DNA of 64,000 nt from an uncultured Prolixibacteraceae bacterium (lineage in GTDB: Bacteria > Bacteroidota > Bacteroidia > Bacteroidales > Prolixibacteraceae): assembly GCA_964545315.1 (NCBI GenBank), contig CAZJGI010000004.1, positions 11,204-75,203 on the forward strand, written 5' to 3'. Shown piece after piece: positions 9,520-20,605 of this stretch (its first letter is position 1; the number at the start of each line of letters is the position of its first letter). Position numbers and translations under genes: made by a program. The notes under the pieces are model-generated. The model was not told the DNA's origin, ran no database searches, and saw only the letters and a list, made by a program, of their open reading frames with translations.

Positions 9520-11471
9520 TACCAGTTTTTTTTAGATTTCCATTTTTCCAACTCATTATGTAACTCCTCCCAGGCAATAATATTAATATTCAATTGCTCA
9601 TGTAAATTATCATATGATTCAAATATTGATGTACTGCTGTGTACCTCAGGAAGGGATAATTTATGGTTCACTTCAGATAATTCTTTTTCAAGTTTTGTGA
9701 TATTTTCTTCTGTATCAGCTATTTTTTTTTCAAGCCGGGATATATTTCTGTTAATTTCTTTTCGCTCTTCGAAATCCTTTTGCAGAGTTTCATTTCGTGG
9801 TTTTTCCCTTGAAATCTTATTGCTGCCGGATTGGATCAGTGCTTTTTCATAATCCTGCATGGACTCATGGTTTTTATTTCTCAGAAAGTCATAGATACCA
9901 CCCAAATGTTGCTTTACCGATGTATTTTTAAATTCATAGACACAATTTACTATCCCGTCCAGAAATTCCCTGTCGTGAGACACTATGATCAGCGTACCTT
10001 TAAAATGTATCAGGGCCTCTTTAAGGATTTCTTTTGACTGTATGTCGAAATGATTTGTCGGTTCATCAAGAACCAGCAGGTTAACAGGGTTTAGCATTAA
10101 TTTTATCATTGACAATCTTGACTTTTCCCCACCGCTGAGCACTTTGACTTTTTTATCAACATCTTCCCCCGAAAAAAGAAAAGCCCCCAGGATATCCCTT
10201 ATTTTTGTTCTGATCTCCCCTACAGCTACTTCATCGATAGTTTCCAACACAGTGAGGTCATTATTTAAAAGGTCTGCCTGGTTTTGGGCAAAATATCCGA
10301 TTTTGACATTATGGCCTGTTTTCAGGTGTCCTTCATGTTGTAACTGTTGCAGTATTATTTTCACAAGAGTTGTTTTTCCTTCCCCGTTTTTTCCGACGAA
10401 GGCTATTTTATCAGCCCTTTCAACAGTAAGGTTAATCCCGTTTAATACCAGGAGGCTGCCATATTTTTTTGTAATATTTTTGGCCTCAACCACTACTTTG
10501 CCTGATTGAGGAACCGGAGGAAAGTGGATTTTTAGCTCTGATGTGTCTGTTTCCTCAACCTCAATCCTTTCCAGTTTCTCAAGATGTTTTATTCGTGATT
10601 GTACCTGTATGGCTTTTGTTGCCTTATAGCGGAACCTTTCGATAAATTTTTCAGCATCTTCAATCATTTTTTGCTGGTTTCGGAAAGCTGCCAGTTGAAT
10701 ATCCCTTTGTTCCTTTTTCCATTTTATGAAATCGGAATAGTTCATCTTCTGATCACTGATCTTTCCCAGTGAAATTTCCATTATTCTGTTACAAACAGCA
10801 TCAAGAAATGCCTTGTCGTGTGACACAAGCATTACAGCTCCTTTATAACCTGATAAGAAATTTTCCAGCCATTGTATTGATTCAATATCAAGGTGATTGG
10901 TAGGCTCATCAAGTAAAAGTATATCAGGCTTTTTAAGTAACAATTTGGCTAATTCAATTCTCATCCTCCAACCACCGCTGAATTCTGATGTGGGTCTCTC
11001 GAAATCGCTTCTTTCAAATCCTAATCCAAGCAAGGTTTGTTCAATTTTTGCATGAAATGTGTCACCACCCAAAATAGAATAACGCTCATTCATCTCATTC
11101 AACTTATCCAACTTCTTAAGGTAACTGTCAGAATGAAAGTCAGTGATTAAAGTTAATTCGTTATTCAGAAATGAAATGTTTTTTTTCAAATCCAGAAGTT
11201 CAGTAAAGGCCAGCATTGTTTCCCCGATAAGAGTATGCGAGTCTTTTACTTCAACCTGCTGGGGAAGATAGCCTAAAGTTATGTCTTTCTGTTTAACTAT
11301 CTCTCCGGATGAAGGCTCAGAGATACCTGCCAAAAGTTTTAATAATGTCGTTTTGCCTGCCCCGTTCTTACCCGTTAAGCCTATGCGATCACCCTGGGTG
11401 ATGATAAAATTAACACTCTTTATAAGATCAAAGCCTCCAAAGCTGACATTTATTTTATTCGCTGAAATCAT
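9519..11471 (-). CDS. ABC-F family ATPase (two ABC domains, no TM domain, coiled-coil C-terminal tail)
   Basis: 650 aa. Two Walker A motifs (GKNGAGKTT, GKNGEGKTT), two signature motifs (FSGGWRMR, LSGGEKSR) and two Walker B motifs (LLLDEPTNHLD, LVLDEPTNHFD). Charged inter-domain linker. Confidence 0.88.
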   Translation of the reverse strand: MISANKINVSFGGFDLIKSVNFIITQGDRIGLTGKNGAGKTTLLKLLAGISEPSSGEIVKQKDITLGYLPQQVEVKDSHTLIGETMLAFTELLDLKKNISFLNNELTLITDFHSDSYLKKLDKLNEMNERYSILGGDTFHAKIEQTLLGLGFERSDFERPTSEFSGGWRMRIELAKLLLKKPDILLLDEPTNHLDIESIQWLENFLSGYKGAVMLVSHDKAFLDAVCNRIMEISLGKISDQKMNYSDFIKWKKEQRDIQLAAFRNQQKMIEDAEKFIERFRYKATKAIQVQSRIKHLEKLERIEVEETDTSELKIHFPPVPQSGKVVVEAKNITKKYGSLLVLNGINLTVERADKIAFVGKNGEGKTTLVKIILQQLQHEGHLKTGHNVKIGYFAQNQADLLNNDLTVLETIDEVAVGEIRTKIRDILGAFLFSGEDVDKKVKVLSGGEKSRLSMIKLMLNPVNLLVLDEPTNHFDIQSKEILKEALIHFKGTLIIVSHDREFLDGIVNCVYEFKNTSVKQHLGGIYDFLRNKNHESMQDYEKALIQSGSNKISREKPRNETLQKDFEERKEINRNISRLEKKIADTEENITKLEKELSEVNHKLSLPEVHSSTSIFESYDNLHEQLNINIIAWEELHNELEKWKSKKNW

Positions 11472-11815
11472 AGATATTTTTTCAATGCCGCCAAAGATAA
11501 TGATAAAGAAAGTTTCATCAAATGATGGGATGATTATTAAAAGAAGAAAGGGGAAAGCTATGGACGCTTTTGAAGATGATTGATGATTTACAAACCCCTA
11601 AACACAAAACCAATCATAAATACAGAAGATGCTTTCCCCTTAATAATTTTATTTTTGAAAATAAAACCAACCATTAAATCATATCAAATGTAACCAGAAT
11701 TTTTTTTTAAAAGAAAAGTAATAGATATTAAAATTCGATTTTCTGTTGAATATGTTTCGTTTTTCCCAAATTGGGAATTATGGTATCTTATTGGGAAATT
11801 GTTTTTGGGGCTAAA

Positions 11816-11847
11816 TATATTTGTATTCCGCATAAAGACTATATTTG
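11816..11847 (+). promoter_or_regulatory. Two tandem candidate -7 boxes (TATATTTG at 11816..11823 and 11840..11847) upstream of rlmD
   Basis: Both match TAnnTTTG. The first lies 33 nt and the second 9 nt upstream of the ATG at 11856. Confidence 0.3.
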
Positions 11848-11855
11848 CAGAAAAA

Positions 11856-13265
11856 ATGGCAGGGAAAAGAAAAAAACCATACTACGAAAGGGTAAAGATC
11901 GAAGATATCGGGTCTGAAGGGAAGGCTTTGGTAAAAATTGACGACATTGTAGTGTTTATAAGACAGGGTGTTCCCGGTGATGTGGTTGATCTGCAGGTTA
12001 TAAAAAGAAGGAAAAATTATCAGGAGGCTATAATTACAAAAGTTCATGAGTTTTCAGATGAGCGGGTAACTCCTTTTTGTAAACATTTTGAGAATTGCGG
12101 AGGGTGTACCTGGCAATGTCTTCCTTATGAAAAGCAGTTGTTTTACAAGGAAAAGCAGGTTAATGATCAGTTAACAAGAATAGGAAAGGTCAAATTGCCG
12201 GAGATTTTACCTGTAATCGCTTCAGGTAAAAATGTTTTTTACAGGAATAAACTGGAATTCACTTTTTCAAACAGACGGTGGCTTACAAAAGATGAGATTG
12301 AATCAGGAGAAGTAATTGACAATTCTGATTCTCTTGGATTTCATGCAAAAGGAATGTTTGATAAAATTATTAATATTGAAGAGTGCTGGCTTCAGGCAGA
12401 ACCTTCAAATGAGATTCGTAATTTTATTTACAGGTACGCTGTTAATAATGGATTAATTTTTTTTGATATACGTAATAAGAGTGGTTTTCTCAGGAATCTT
12501 TTGATCAGGACCTCTTCACTTGGTGAGACTATGGTCGTTATATCATTTTTTCATGAAGACAGCATTGTTGCAGGTGAGATGCTAAATGCTGTGAAAAATC
12601 AATTCCCTGCCCTGACATCCCTGATGTACGTGATTAATTCAAAAGGCAATGATACTATTACGGACCTTCCAATCCGGCTTTTTTATGGACGGGATCATAT
12701 CATTGAGGAGATGGAGGGACTAAAATTTAAAATTGGGCCAAAAAGTTTTTTCCAGACTAATTCAGGCCAGGCATATAATCTTTATAAAGTTGTTAGGGAT
12801 TTTGCCGGTTTAACCGGCGTTGAGACTGTATATGACCTCTATACCGGTACAGGAACAATCTCATTATTCATTGCAGGATTGACAAAAAAATCTATCGGAA
12901 TTGAATACGTACCGGCCGCTGTTAGTGATGCTGTTGAAAATGCCTCACTCAATAATATTAATAATGTATCCTTTTTTACAGGTGATATTAAAGAAGTATT
13001 AAATCAGGATTTTATCAGTGAGCAGGGTGCCCCTGATATCATCATTACCGATCCTCCACGTGCCGGTATGCATAAAGATGTCATAGAATGCATACTCAGT
13101 ATTTTACCGGGAAAAATTGTGTATGTAAGCTGCAATCCCGGTACCCAGGCACGTGATATTAATTTGTTGAGCAACTCCTATAAAGTGGTAAAAGTTCAAC
13201 CTGTAGATATGTTTCCTCATACTCAGCACGTTGAGAACGTGGTATTACTTGAAAGAATCATATAA
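11856..13265 (+). CDS. rlmD: 23S rRNA (uracil-C5)-methyltransferase, RumA/RlmD family
   Basis: The track start at 11799 is upstream. ATG at 11856 gives MAGKRKKPYYERVKIEDIGSEGKALVK, a TRAM domain. Fe-S Cys cluster (CKHFENCGGCTWQC), FFQTNS, and SAM motifs (DLYTGTGT, DPPRAGM). Confidence 0.85.
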   Translation: MAGKRKKPYYERVKIEDIGSEGKALVKIDDIVVFIRQGVPGDVVDLQVIKRRKNYQEAIITKVHEFSDERVTPFCKHFENCGGCTWQCLPYEKQLFYKEKQVNDQLTRIGKVKLPEILPVIASGKNVFYRNKLEFTFSNRRWLTKDEIESGEVIDNSDSLGFHAKGMFDKIINIEECWLQAEPSNEIRNFIYRYAVNNGLIFFDIRNKSGFLRNLLIRTSSLGETMVVISFFHEDSIVAGEMLNAVKNQFPALTSLMYVINSKGNDTITDLPIRLFYGRDHIIEEMEGLKFKIGPKSFFQTNSGQAYNLYKVVRDFAGLTGVETVYDLYTGTGTISLFIAGLTKKSIGIEYVPAAVSDAVENASLNNINNVSFFTGDIKEVLNQDFISEQGAPDIIITDPPRAGMHKDVIECILSILPGKIVYVSCNPGTQARDINLLSNSYKVVKVQPVDMFPHTQHVENVVLLERII

Positions 13266-13413
13266 CAAACATTCTTTATCCATTCTAAAGTTATATGTTC
13301 AAATGTTAGTTCATCTCTTTATTCAGGGTGATCAATAAAGATGACTGAATAATTTTTATTATCGTAATAAATGTCTTAACTTGTTGAATATTTTAACCAT
13401 AATTTCGGGAAAG

Positions 13414-14955
13414 ATGAAAAGGACATTATTTATTGTATTTGGATTAATATCATTTTGTTTATACGGCCAAAATGATTATTTCCTTAATAATGCAGCCATT
13501 AAGGTTGAAAAAACAAACATTAACAGCACTGCAAGTGATTTCGGGCCCTCATTTACCGGAAATGAACTTTGGTTTTCAGCCTTTACAGACGAGGAAATAA
13601 GAATGATCAGCCAGGGAAAGACTAAAGAGGTTTTTTATAATCTCTATTCTGTTCCTGTTGATGCTGAAGGGAATATTCGTGGTGATAAAGCTATCAGGCT
13701 TGAAGATATCAGTGCCGGTTATCATGCCGGGCCTGTTTCTTTCTGTGAAAAGACAGAAGAGCTTTTTGTTACATTAAGTAATTTTGAGAATCCTGACATT
13801 CAAAGGGTAGTTTTCCGAAAGGCCACCATTCCCTTAAAGATCATTATATTAAGGAGATCGGGTACTGGATGGACAGAAGCGGGCGAAATGCCTTTCAACA
13901 GTTCTTCATATTCAGCCGGCCACCCTGCAATATCTGTTACCGGTGATACTCTGATTTTTGCTTCTGATATCCGGGGCAGGGGTAAAGGGGGTACCGACCT
14001 TTATATGACGATTCGAAAAAACGGACAGTGGGGAGATATGATCAACCTCGGGGAAAATATTAATTCAGGCGAAGATGAAATGTTCCCTTTCCTGTATAAG
14101 GGCAAAATATTGTTATTTGCTTCAAATGGGAAGCCTGAAGGTAACGGTGGACTTGATATTTATTATTCTGTTATTTCAGCGTCAGGATTTGGTGCTCCAA
14201 AAAATCTTAAGGCAGTTAATTCTGCTGCTGATGATTTCGGATTGATAATTAACAATAATGAGTCTGTTGGATATTTTGTATCCAAAAGAGAAGGTGGGAC
14301 AGGTGATGATGATATATATAAAATCCTTATTGAGGGAAATTATGAGTTGGAATTGCTGGTACGTGACAAAAAGACAGGAAGCCCGGTTTCCAATGTCAGG
14401 GTCAACTTCAGTGATAATATGACCAGGTTGACAGACAACAGTGGAATTATCAGCCGGGATTTGGCAAAATCTGCGGATTACACTGCAACATCAGTTGTTG
14501 AAGGATACATGAATGAATCGGTATCATTTACGACCAAGGGTAAACCGTTTGGCTTATTAAAGGAGATCATTGAGATCGAGAGAGTCCAGGTCGGTCAGAA
14601 ATTTGAATTAAAAAATATTTATTACGAATTTGATAAGTGGGATATTCTTCCTTCATCGGAAACAGAACTAGATAAACTGGTAAAAGTACTTAAAGATAAT
14701 CCATCCTGGAAAGTTGAACTTGGTTCGCATACTGATTGCAGGGGAACAGACAGTTATAATGAGAAACTCAGTCAGAAAAGGTCTGATTCCGCAGTAGAAT
14801 ATATTGTCTCTAAAGGAATTCAGAGAAGCAGGATTACCGCAAAAGGTTATGGTGAATATCAATTGGTAAATCACTGCAAAGACGGCGTTGAATGCACGGA
14901 GGAACAACATCAGCAAAACAGAAGGACAGAGTTTACTATTTTGGGAATGGAGTGA
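13414..14955 (+). CDS. OmpA-family outer-membrane/peptidoglycan-associated protein with TolB-like (PD40) repeats
   Basis: ATG at 13414 gives MKRTLFIVFGLISFCLYGQ, a signal peptide. The C-terminal OmpA domain reads LGSHTDCRGTDSYNEKLSQKRSDSAVEYIVSKGI...ITAKGYGE...NRRTEF. Confidence 0.85.
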   Translation: MKRTLFIVFGLISFCLYGQNDYFLNNAAIKVEKTNINSTASDFGPSFTGNELWFSAFTDEEIRMISQGKTKEVFYNLYSVPVDAEGNIRGDKAIRLEDISAGYHAGPVSFCEKTEELFVTLSNFENPDIQRVVFRKATIPLKIIILRRSGTGWTEAGEMPFNSSSYSAGHPAISVTGDTLIFASDIRGRGKGGTDLYMTIRKNGQWGDMINLGENINSGEDEMFPFLYKGKILLFASNGKPEGNGGLDIYYSVISASGFGAPKNLKAVNSAADDFGLIINNNESVGYFVSKREGGTGDDDIYKILIEGNYELELLVRDKKTGSPVSNVRVNFSDNMTRLTDNSGIISRDLAKSADYTATSVVEGYMNESVSFTTKGKPFGLLKEIIEIERVQVGQKFELKNIYYEFDKWDILPSSETELDKLVKVLKDNPSWKVELGSHTDCRGTDSYNEKLSQKRSDSAVEYIVSKGIQRSRITAKGYGEYQLVNHCKDGVECTEEQHQQNRRTEFTILGME

Positions 14956-14995
14956 TTTTTTAAATAAATTTATTGAAGTCAGAAGCCTGATAAAT

Positions 14996-15029
14996 AAACA
15001 CCCGGTGAATTGCAATTCACCGGGTGTTT
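14996..15029. terminator. Bidirectional intrinsic terminator hairpin between the convergent OmpA-family gene and rpoD
   Basis: Perfect palindrome AAACACCCGGTGAATT-GC-AATTCACCGGGTGTTT (16-nt arms). It is flanked by T/A-rich tracts on both strands (TTATTATT... on plus, TTTATTTAT on minus). Confidence 0.65.
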
Positions 15030-15054
15030 ATTATTATTATTATTATTATTATTA
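15028..15054. repeat. (TTA)9 trinucleotide microsatellite; on the minus strand, nine in-frame TAA codons starting with the rpoD stop
   Basis: Counted directly. TTA repeats nine times at 15028..15054, and 15052..15054 is the rpoD stop codon. Confidence 0.95.
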
Positions 15055-15912
15055 TCCCAGATAGGTTTTCAACAGTTTACTACGTGAGGTATGTCTTAAC
15101 CTGCGAATTGCTTTTTCTTTTATTTGTCTCACTCTCTCTCTTGTTAGGCCGAACCTTTCACCAATTTCTTCAAGGGTCATTTCCTGGCAGCCTATTCCGA
15201 AGAAGAGCCTGATTATGTCAGCTTCTCTTTCTGTAAGAGTTGCAAGTGCACGGTGTATTTCCTTTGAGAGGGATTCCTGTATAAGCGTACGGTCAGCATT
15301 AGGAGAATCATTATTAACAAGAACATCGAGAAGGCTGTTATCTTCTCCGTCCACAAAAGGAGCATCAACAGAAACGTGTCTTCCAGATACTCTCAGGGTG
15401 TCAGAAACCTTATCGGGAGACAATTCAAGTGAGCTGGCCAATTCTTCGGGCGAAGGTTTTCGCTCATGTTCCTGCTCAAACTTTGAAAAAGCTTTATTGA
15501 TTTTATTCAACGAACCAACCTGATTAAGTGGAAGGCGCACTATCCTGGATTGTTCAGCAAGAGCCTGAAGGATAGATTGTCTGATCCACCACACTGCATA
15601 TGAGATGAATTTGAACCCTCGCGTTTCATCGAATTTTTCAGCTGCTTTGATCAATCCAAGGTTACCTTCATTTATTAAGTCAGGCAAGCTTAAACCCTGG
15701 TTTTGGTATTGTTTAGCAACAGATACCACAAACCTTAGGTTAGCCCTGGTCAACTTTTCCAAAGCAGCCTGATCACCTTTTTTGATACGCTGGGCAAGTT
15801 CAACTTCTTCTTCAACAGTAATGAGTTCCTCTTTCCCTATTTCCTGCAAATATTTATCTAAAGAGGCACTCTCCCGATTGGTTATTGATTTTGTGATCTT
15901 TAGCTGTCTCAT
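15052..15912 (-). CDS. rpoD: Primary RNA polymerase sigma factor (short Bacteroidota sigma-A type)
   Basis: 286 aa. Regions 2 to 4 are fully conserved ([37 protein letters not shown]; [28 protein letters not shown]). No region 1.1, as in Bacteroidota. Confidence 0.93.
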   Translation of the reverse strand: MRQLKITKSITNRESASLDKYLQEIGKEELITVEEEVELAQRIKKGDQAALEKLTRANLRFVVSVAKQYQNQGLSLPDLINEGNLGLIKAAEKFDETRGFKFISYAVWWIRQSILQALAEQSRIVRLPLNQVGSLNKINKAFSKFEQEHERKPSPEELASSLELSPDKVSDTLRVSGRHVSVDAPFVDGEDNSLLDVLVNNDSPNADRTLIQESLSKEIHRALATLTEREADIIRLFFGIGCQEMTLEEIGERFGLTRERVRQIKEKAIRRLRHTSRSKLLKTYLG

Positions 15913-15943
15913 ATAACTCTCCTTATCTCCTTAAAAAAGTGTG

Positions 15944-15951
15944 CAAATATA
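15944..15951 (-). promoter_or_regulatory. Candidate -7 promoter box (TATATTTG) for rpoD
   Basis: The minus strand reads TATATTTG, 32 nt upstream of the ATG at 15912. Confidence 0.35.
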
Positions 15952-16034
15952 GAACATTAATTAATTTATATTGAAGAAGAAGGCTTTCCATTTTAGAATC
16001 TTAATGGTATGTTAAAGGTAATTATCAGATACCG

Positions 16035-17471
16035 TTAATTAACACCAAAAACAAAATATGCCAACTCTCCGTTTGGATATATGCCCTCAACAAGAATTCC
16101 TCCTGTGGCATTTTCTATCTCTCTTCTGAAATCACTTACTTCATAAATGGGTTTTTTATTAACATGTGTAATAATAAATCCTTCACTTAAACCCGCATCT
16201 TTTAATTTACCTTTTTCCAAATGAGTTATTTGTAAGCCATATTCAATATTCAAACCTGTTTTATTATTTTTGGTTATTGATTCAAAGCGGGCTCCCAAAA
16301 ATGTTGCATTATCTCGTACTATTTGTGTATCTCCATGTTTATTACGTAATGTTACAGTAAATTGTTTCCGGTCATCTTTTCTTTTTACAACTATTTTTAT
16401 ATCATCTCCGGGTCGGAACCTGCTTACTTTTTCCTGCAATTCAGCTGATGAGTTAACAGGTTCACCGGCAACATTCAAAATAACATCGCCTTCTTTTATC
16501 CCTGCTTCTTTTGCTGCTCCGTTCTCAACAACAGCTGCAACATAAACTCCCTCAACCTTTCCAAGTCCTTTTTCCTCTGCCAGGGCTGCATTTATATCGG
16601 CTATACTAACACCAAGCAATGCTCTTTGTACCTGCCCGAATTCTTTAAGGTCTTTCACAACTTTTTCAACTATGGATACCGGAACAGCAAATGAATATCC
16701 GGCATATGAACCTGTCCGTGATGCAATTGCTGTGTTTATTCCGACAAGGTTACCCTGCTGGTTAACCAGTGCACCGCCACTGTTCCCGGGATTAACTGCT
16801 GCGTCTGTCTGTATAAATGATTCAATTGAATACTGATCTTCGTTGATACGAAGATTCCGGGCTTTTGCGCTAATAATGCCTGCTGTAACAGTTGAAGTAA
16901 GGTTAAAAGGATTGCCAACTGCAAGTACCCATTCGCCCAGTTTAAGGTCATCTGAACTCCCGTATGTAAGGTATGGAAGGTTTTTGGCTTCAATATTAAG
17001 AAGAGCCAGGTCTGTTGATGCATCAGCTCCAATCAGACGTGCTTCATACTCTTCCTTATTGTTAAGGATCACCTTTATCTTTTGCGCCCTTTCAATCACA
17101 TGGTTATTGGTGACAATATATCCGTCGGCTGACAAGATAACTCCGGAACCAAAACCTTCAGCTATTTGAGGTTCCTGTCTGTTAAATCCGAAAAATTCAT
17201 CGAAAAAGGGATTTCCGCTCGACCATGAATTACTCCTGACCGATTGTGTGGCAATATGAACTACCGCATGAACTGAGTTTTGGGCGGCAAATGTCAGGTC
17301 AGGTAGTTGTTGCTGGCTGTTTGCCGGAAGATTTACAAAGTTTAAAGGCCTTTGTTCAGGCACGCTGATGACTTGCGTCTTTTGAAAATATTTACTGTAT
17401 ATCCCAACTGCCAATAAGGCACTTGCCACTAACAGCAAAAATGTAAGTGTATATTTTTTAATGTTGTTCAT
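16035..17471 (-). CDS. htrA: HtrA/DegP/DegQ-family periplasmic serine protease (trypsin domain plus PDZ domains)
   Basis: 478 aa. TM/signal anchor and the catalytic motifs TNNHV, D..LL and GNSGGALVN. C-terminal PDZ-like regions. Confidence 0.9.
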   Translation of the reverse strand: MNNIKKYTLTFLLLVASALLAVGIYSKYFQKTQVISVPEQRPLNFVNLPANSQQQLPDLTFAAQNSVHAVVHIATQSVRSNSWSSGNPFFDEFFGFNRQEPQIAEGFGSGVILSADGYIVTNNHVIERAQKIKVILNNKEEYEARLIGADASTDLALLNIEAKNLPYLTYGSSDDLKLGEWVLAVGNPFNLTSTVTAGIISAKARNLRINEDQYSIESFIQTDAAVNPGNSGGALVNQQGNLVGINTAIASRTGSYAGYSFAVPVSIVEKVVKDLKEFGQVQRALLGVSIADINAALAEEKGLGKVEGVYVAAVVENGAAKEAGIKEGDVILNVAGEPVNSSAELQEKVSRFRPGDDIKIVVKRKDDRKQFTVTLRNKHGDTQIVRDNATFLGARFESITKNNKTGLNIEYGLQITHLEKGKLKDAGLSEGFIITHVNKKPIYEVSDFRREIENATGGILVEGIYPNGELAYFVFGVN

Positions 17472-17713
17472 CTGTACAAAATTTAATAGTTATTCAATTA
17501 ATTAATTAATTAAAAGTTGAGAACCCATGTAACCATTTCGTTCCCGATAATTATCCTTTTATATAAAGTAATACATTATACGCAAATAATTTGCCACTAT
17601 TATATTATTCAGTGAATTATAGCGGCCGTTTTACATATTTTAACAACTTAATAAAGATTTTGTAAAAAATTAATCTCTTTAAGTAATTAATGCAGGTGTG
17701 TTATTCTGTGTTT

Positions 17714-18313
17714 TTATTTATTAATATCCGGAACATGAAACCATTTGGAATATGTCTCAGGTGGATCATATCCGGAAATGTATTCAATTGCCTGTTCAGA
17801 GTTACTTGCAACAAAATAGACACTTCTGTACTCTTCTTTAATAAATTTTTCAATAAACGACTTTTCAAATTGTTTAAACAAGTATTCGAAAAAATTGTTC
17901 ACATTGATAAATACTACAGGCTTATTATGGTAGGATAATTGTTTTAGTGTTATGACCTCCAATATTTCCTCGAGTGTACCGAAACCACCGGGAAGGGCGA
18001 TAAATGCATCAGATAATTCACGCATTTTGGCTTTTCTTTCCTGCATATCTTTTGCTTTTATCGTCTTATGTGAATTCTCTGAAGCAAGTGATTTTTTAAT
18101 AAATCTTTCAGGAATTACCCCTATTGTTTGAGCTCCACATTCAGCTGCTGCAACAGTCACAGTTTCCATTAACCCGACATTTGCCCCGCCGTTTATGAGA
18201 GTATAACCTTTTTCTCCAATAAGGTTGCCCAGTTTAACGGCTTCGTCGTAATAAACTTTCTGAATCGCATTACTTGAGGAAGAGAATACACAAATATTTT
18301 TGCCTTTGACCAT
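17714..18313 (-). CDS. LOG-family (TIGR00730) Rossmann-fold protein, putative nucleotide 5'-monophosphate nucleosidase
   Basis: 199 aa. GGANVGLMETV and LPGGFGTLEEILEVIT motifs. Only 20 nt downstream of gyrB. Confidence 0.85.
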   Translation of the reverse strand: MVKGKNICVFSSSSNAIQKVYYDEAVKLGNLIGEKGYTLINGGANVGLMETVTVAAAECGAQTIGVIPERFIKKSLASENSHKTIKAKDMQERKAKMRELSDAFIALPGGFGTLEEILEVITLKQLSYHNKPVVFINVNNFFEYLFKQFEKSFIEKFIKEEYRSVYFVASNSEQAIEYISGYDPPETYSKWFHVPDINK

Positions 18314-18333
18314 ACTAAACTTTTAATTAATGA

Positions 18334-20307
<1,974 letters not shown>

Positions 20308-20445
20308 TTATTATTAATTCTATTCAATTGAAATCTTGAAATCCAGTATCAGTTTTCAAAAGGAACCGATACTTTTAAATGCTCTTGTTAAAAAGTTGGT
20401 ATTCAGGATTATAATTAATTTAACGGATTGCTGAAACCAGTTGTA

Positions 20446-20453
20446 CAAATATA
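20446..20453 (-). promoter_or_regulatory. Candidate -7 promoter box (TATATTTG) upstream of gyrB
   Basis: The minus strand reads TATATTTG, about 140 nt upstream of the ATG at 20304. The long leader makes the assignment weak. Confidence 0.25.
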
Positions 20454-20605
20454 CTAAAATTAACCTTTGGATGAGCCTGGGAAGTGGCTATAAAAAACTA
20501 ATTTTTCAACAAGTTATTAACTTGAAAATGAGGTAAAAAAGACTTCTTTTAATTAGTTGGGGAAGTTACTTTTTTTTGGTTTATTTTTGAAGTTTTAACA
20601 TAGGC

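Noticed and set aside
15024-15212. 62-aa ORF beginning [12 protein letters not shown]
   Set aside because: It is a translation artefact of the (TTA)9 microsatellite and the antisense strand of rpoD.
17498-17513. TTAATTAA-type runs, here (AATT)4 and also at 22418..22431, with shorter copies in several other spacers
   Set aside because: These are palindromic AT-only strings expected at appreciable frequency in AT-rich intergenic DNA. The enrichment is mild and I could not establish it without a genome-wide count.
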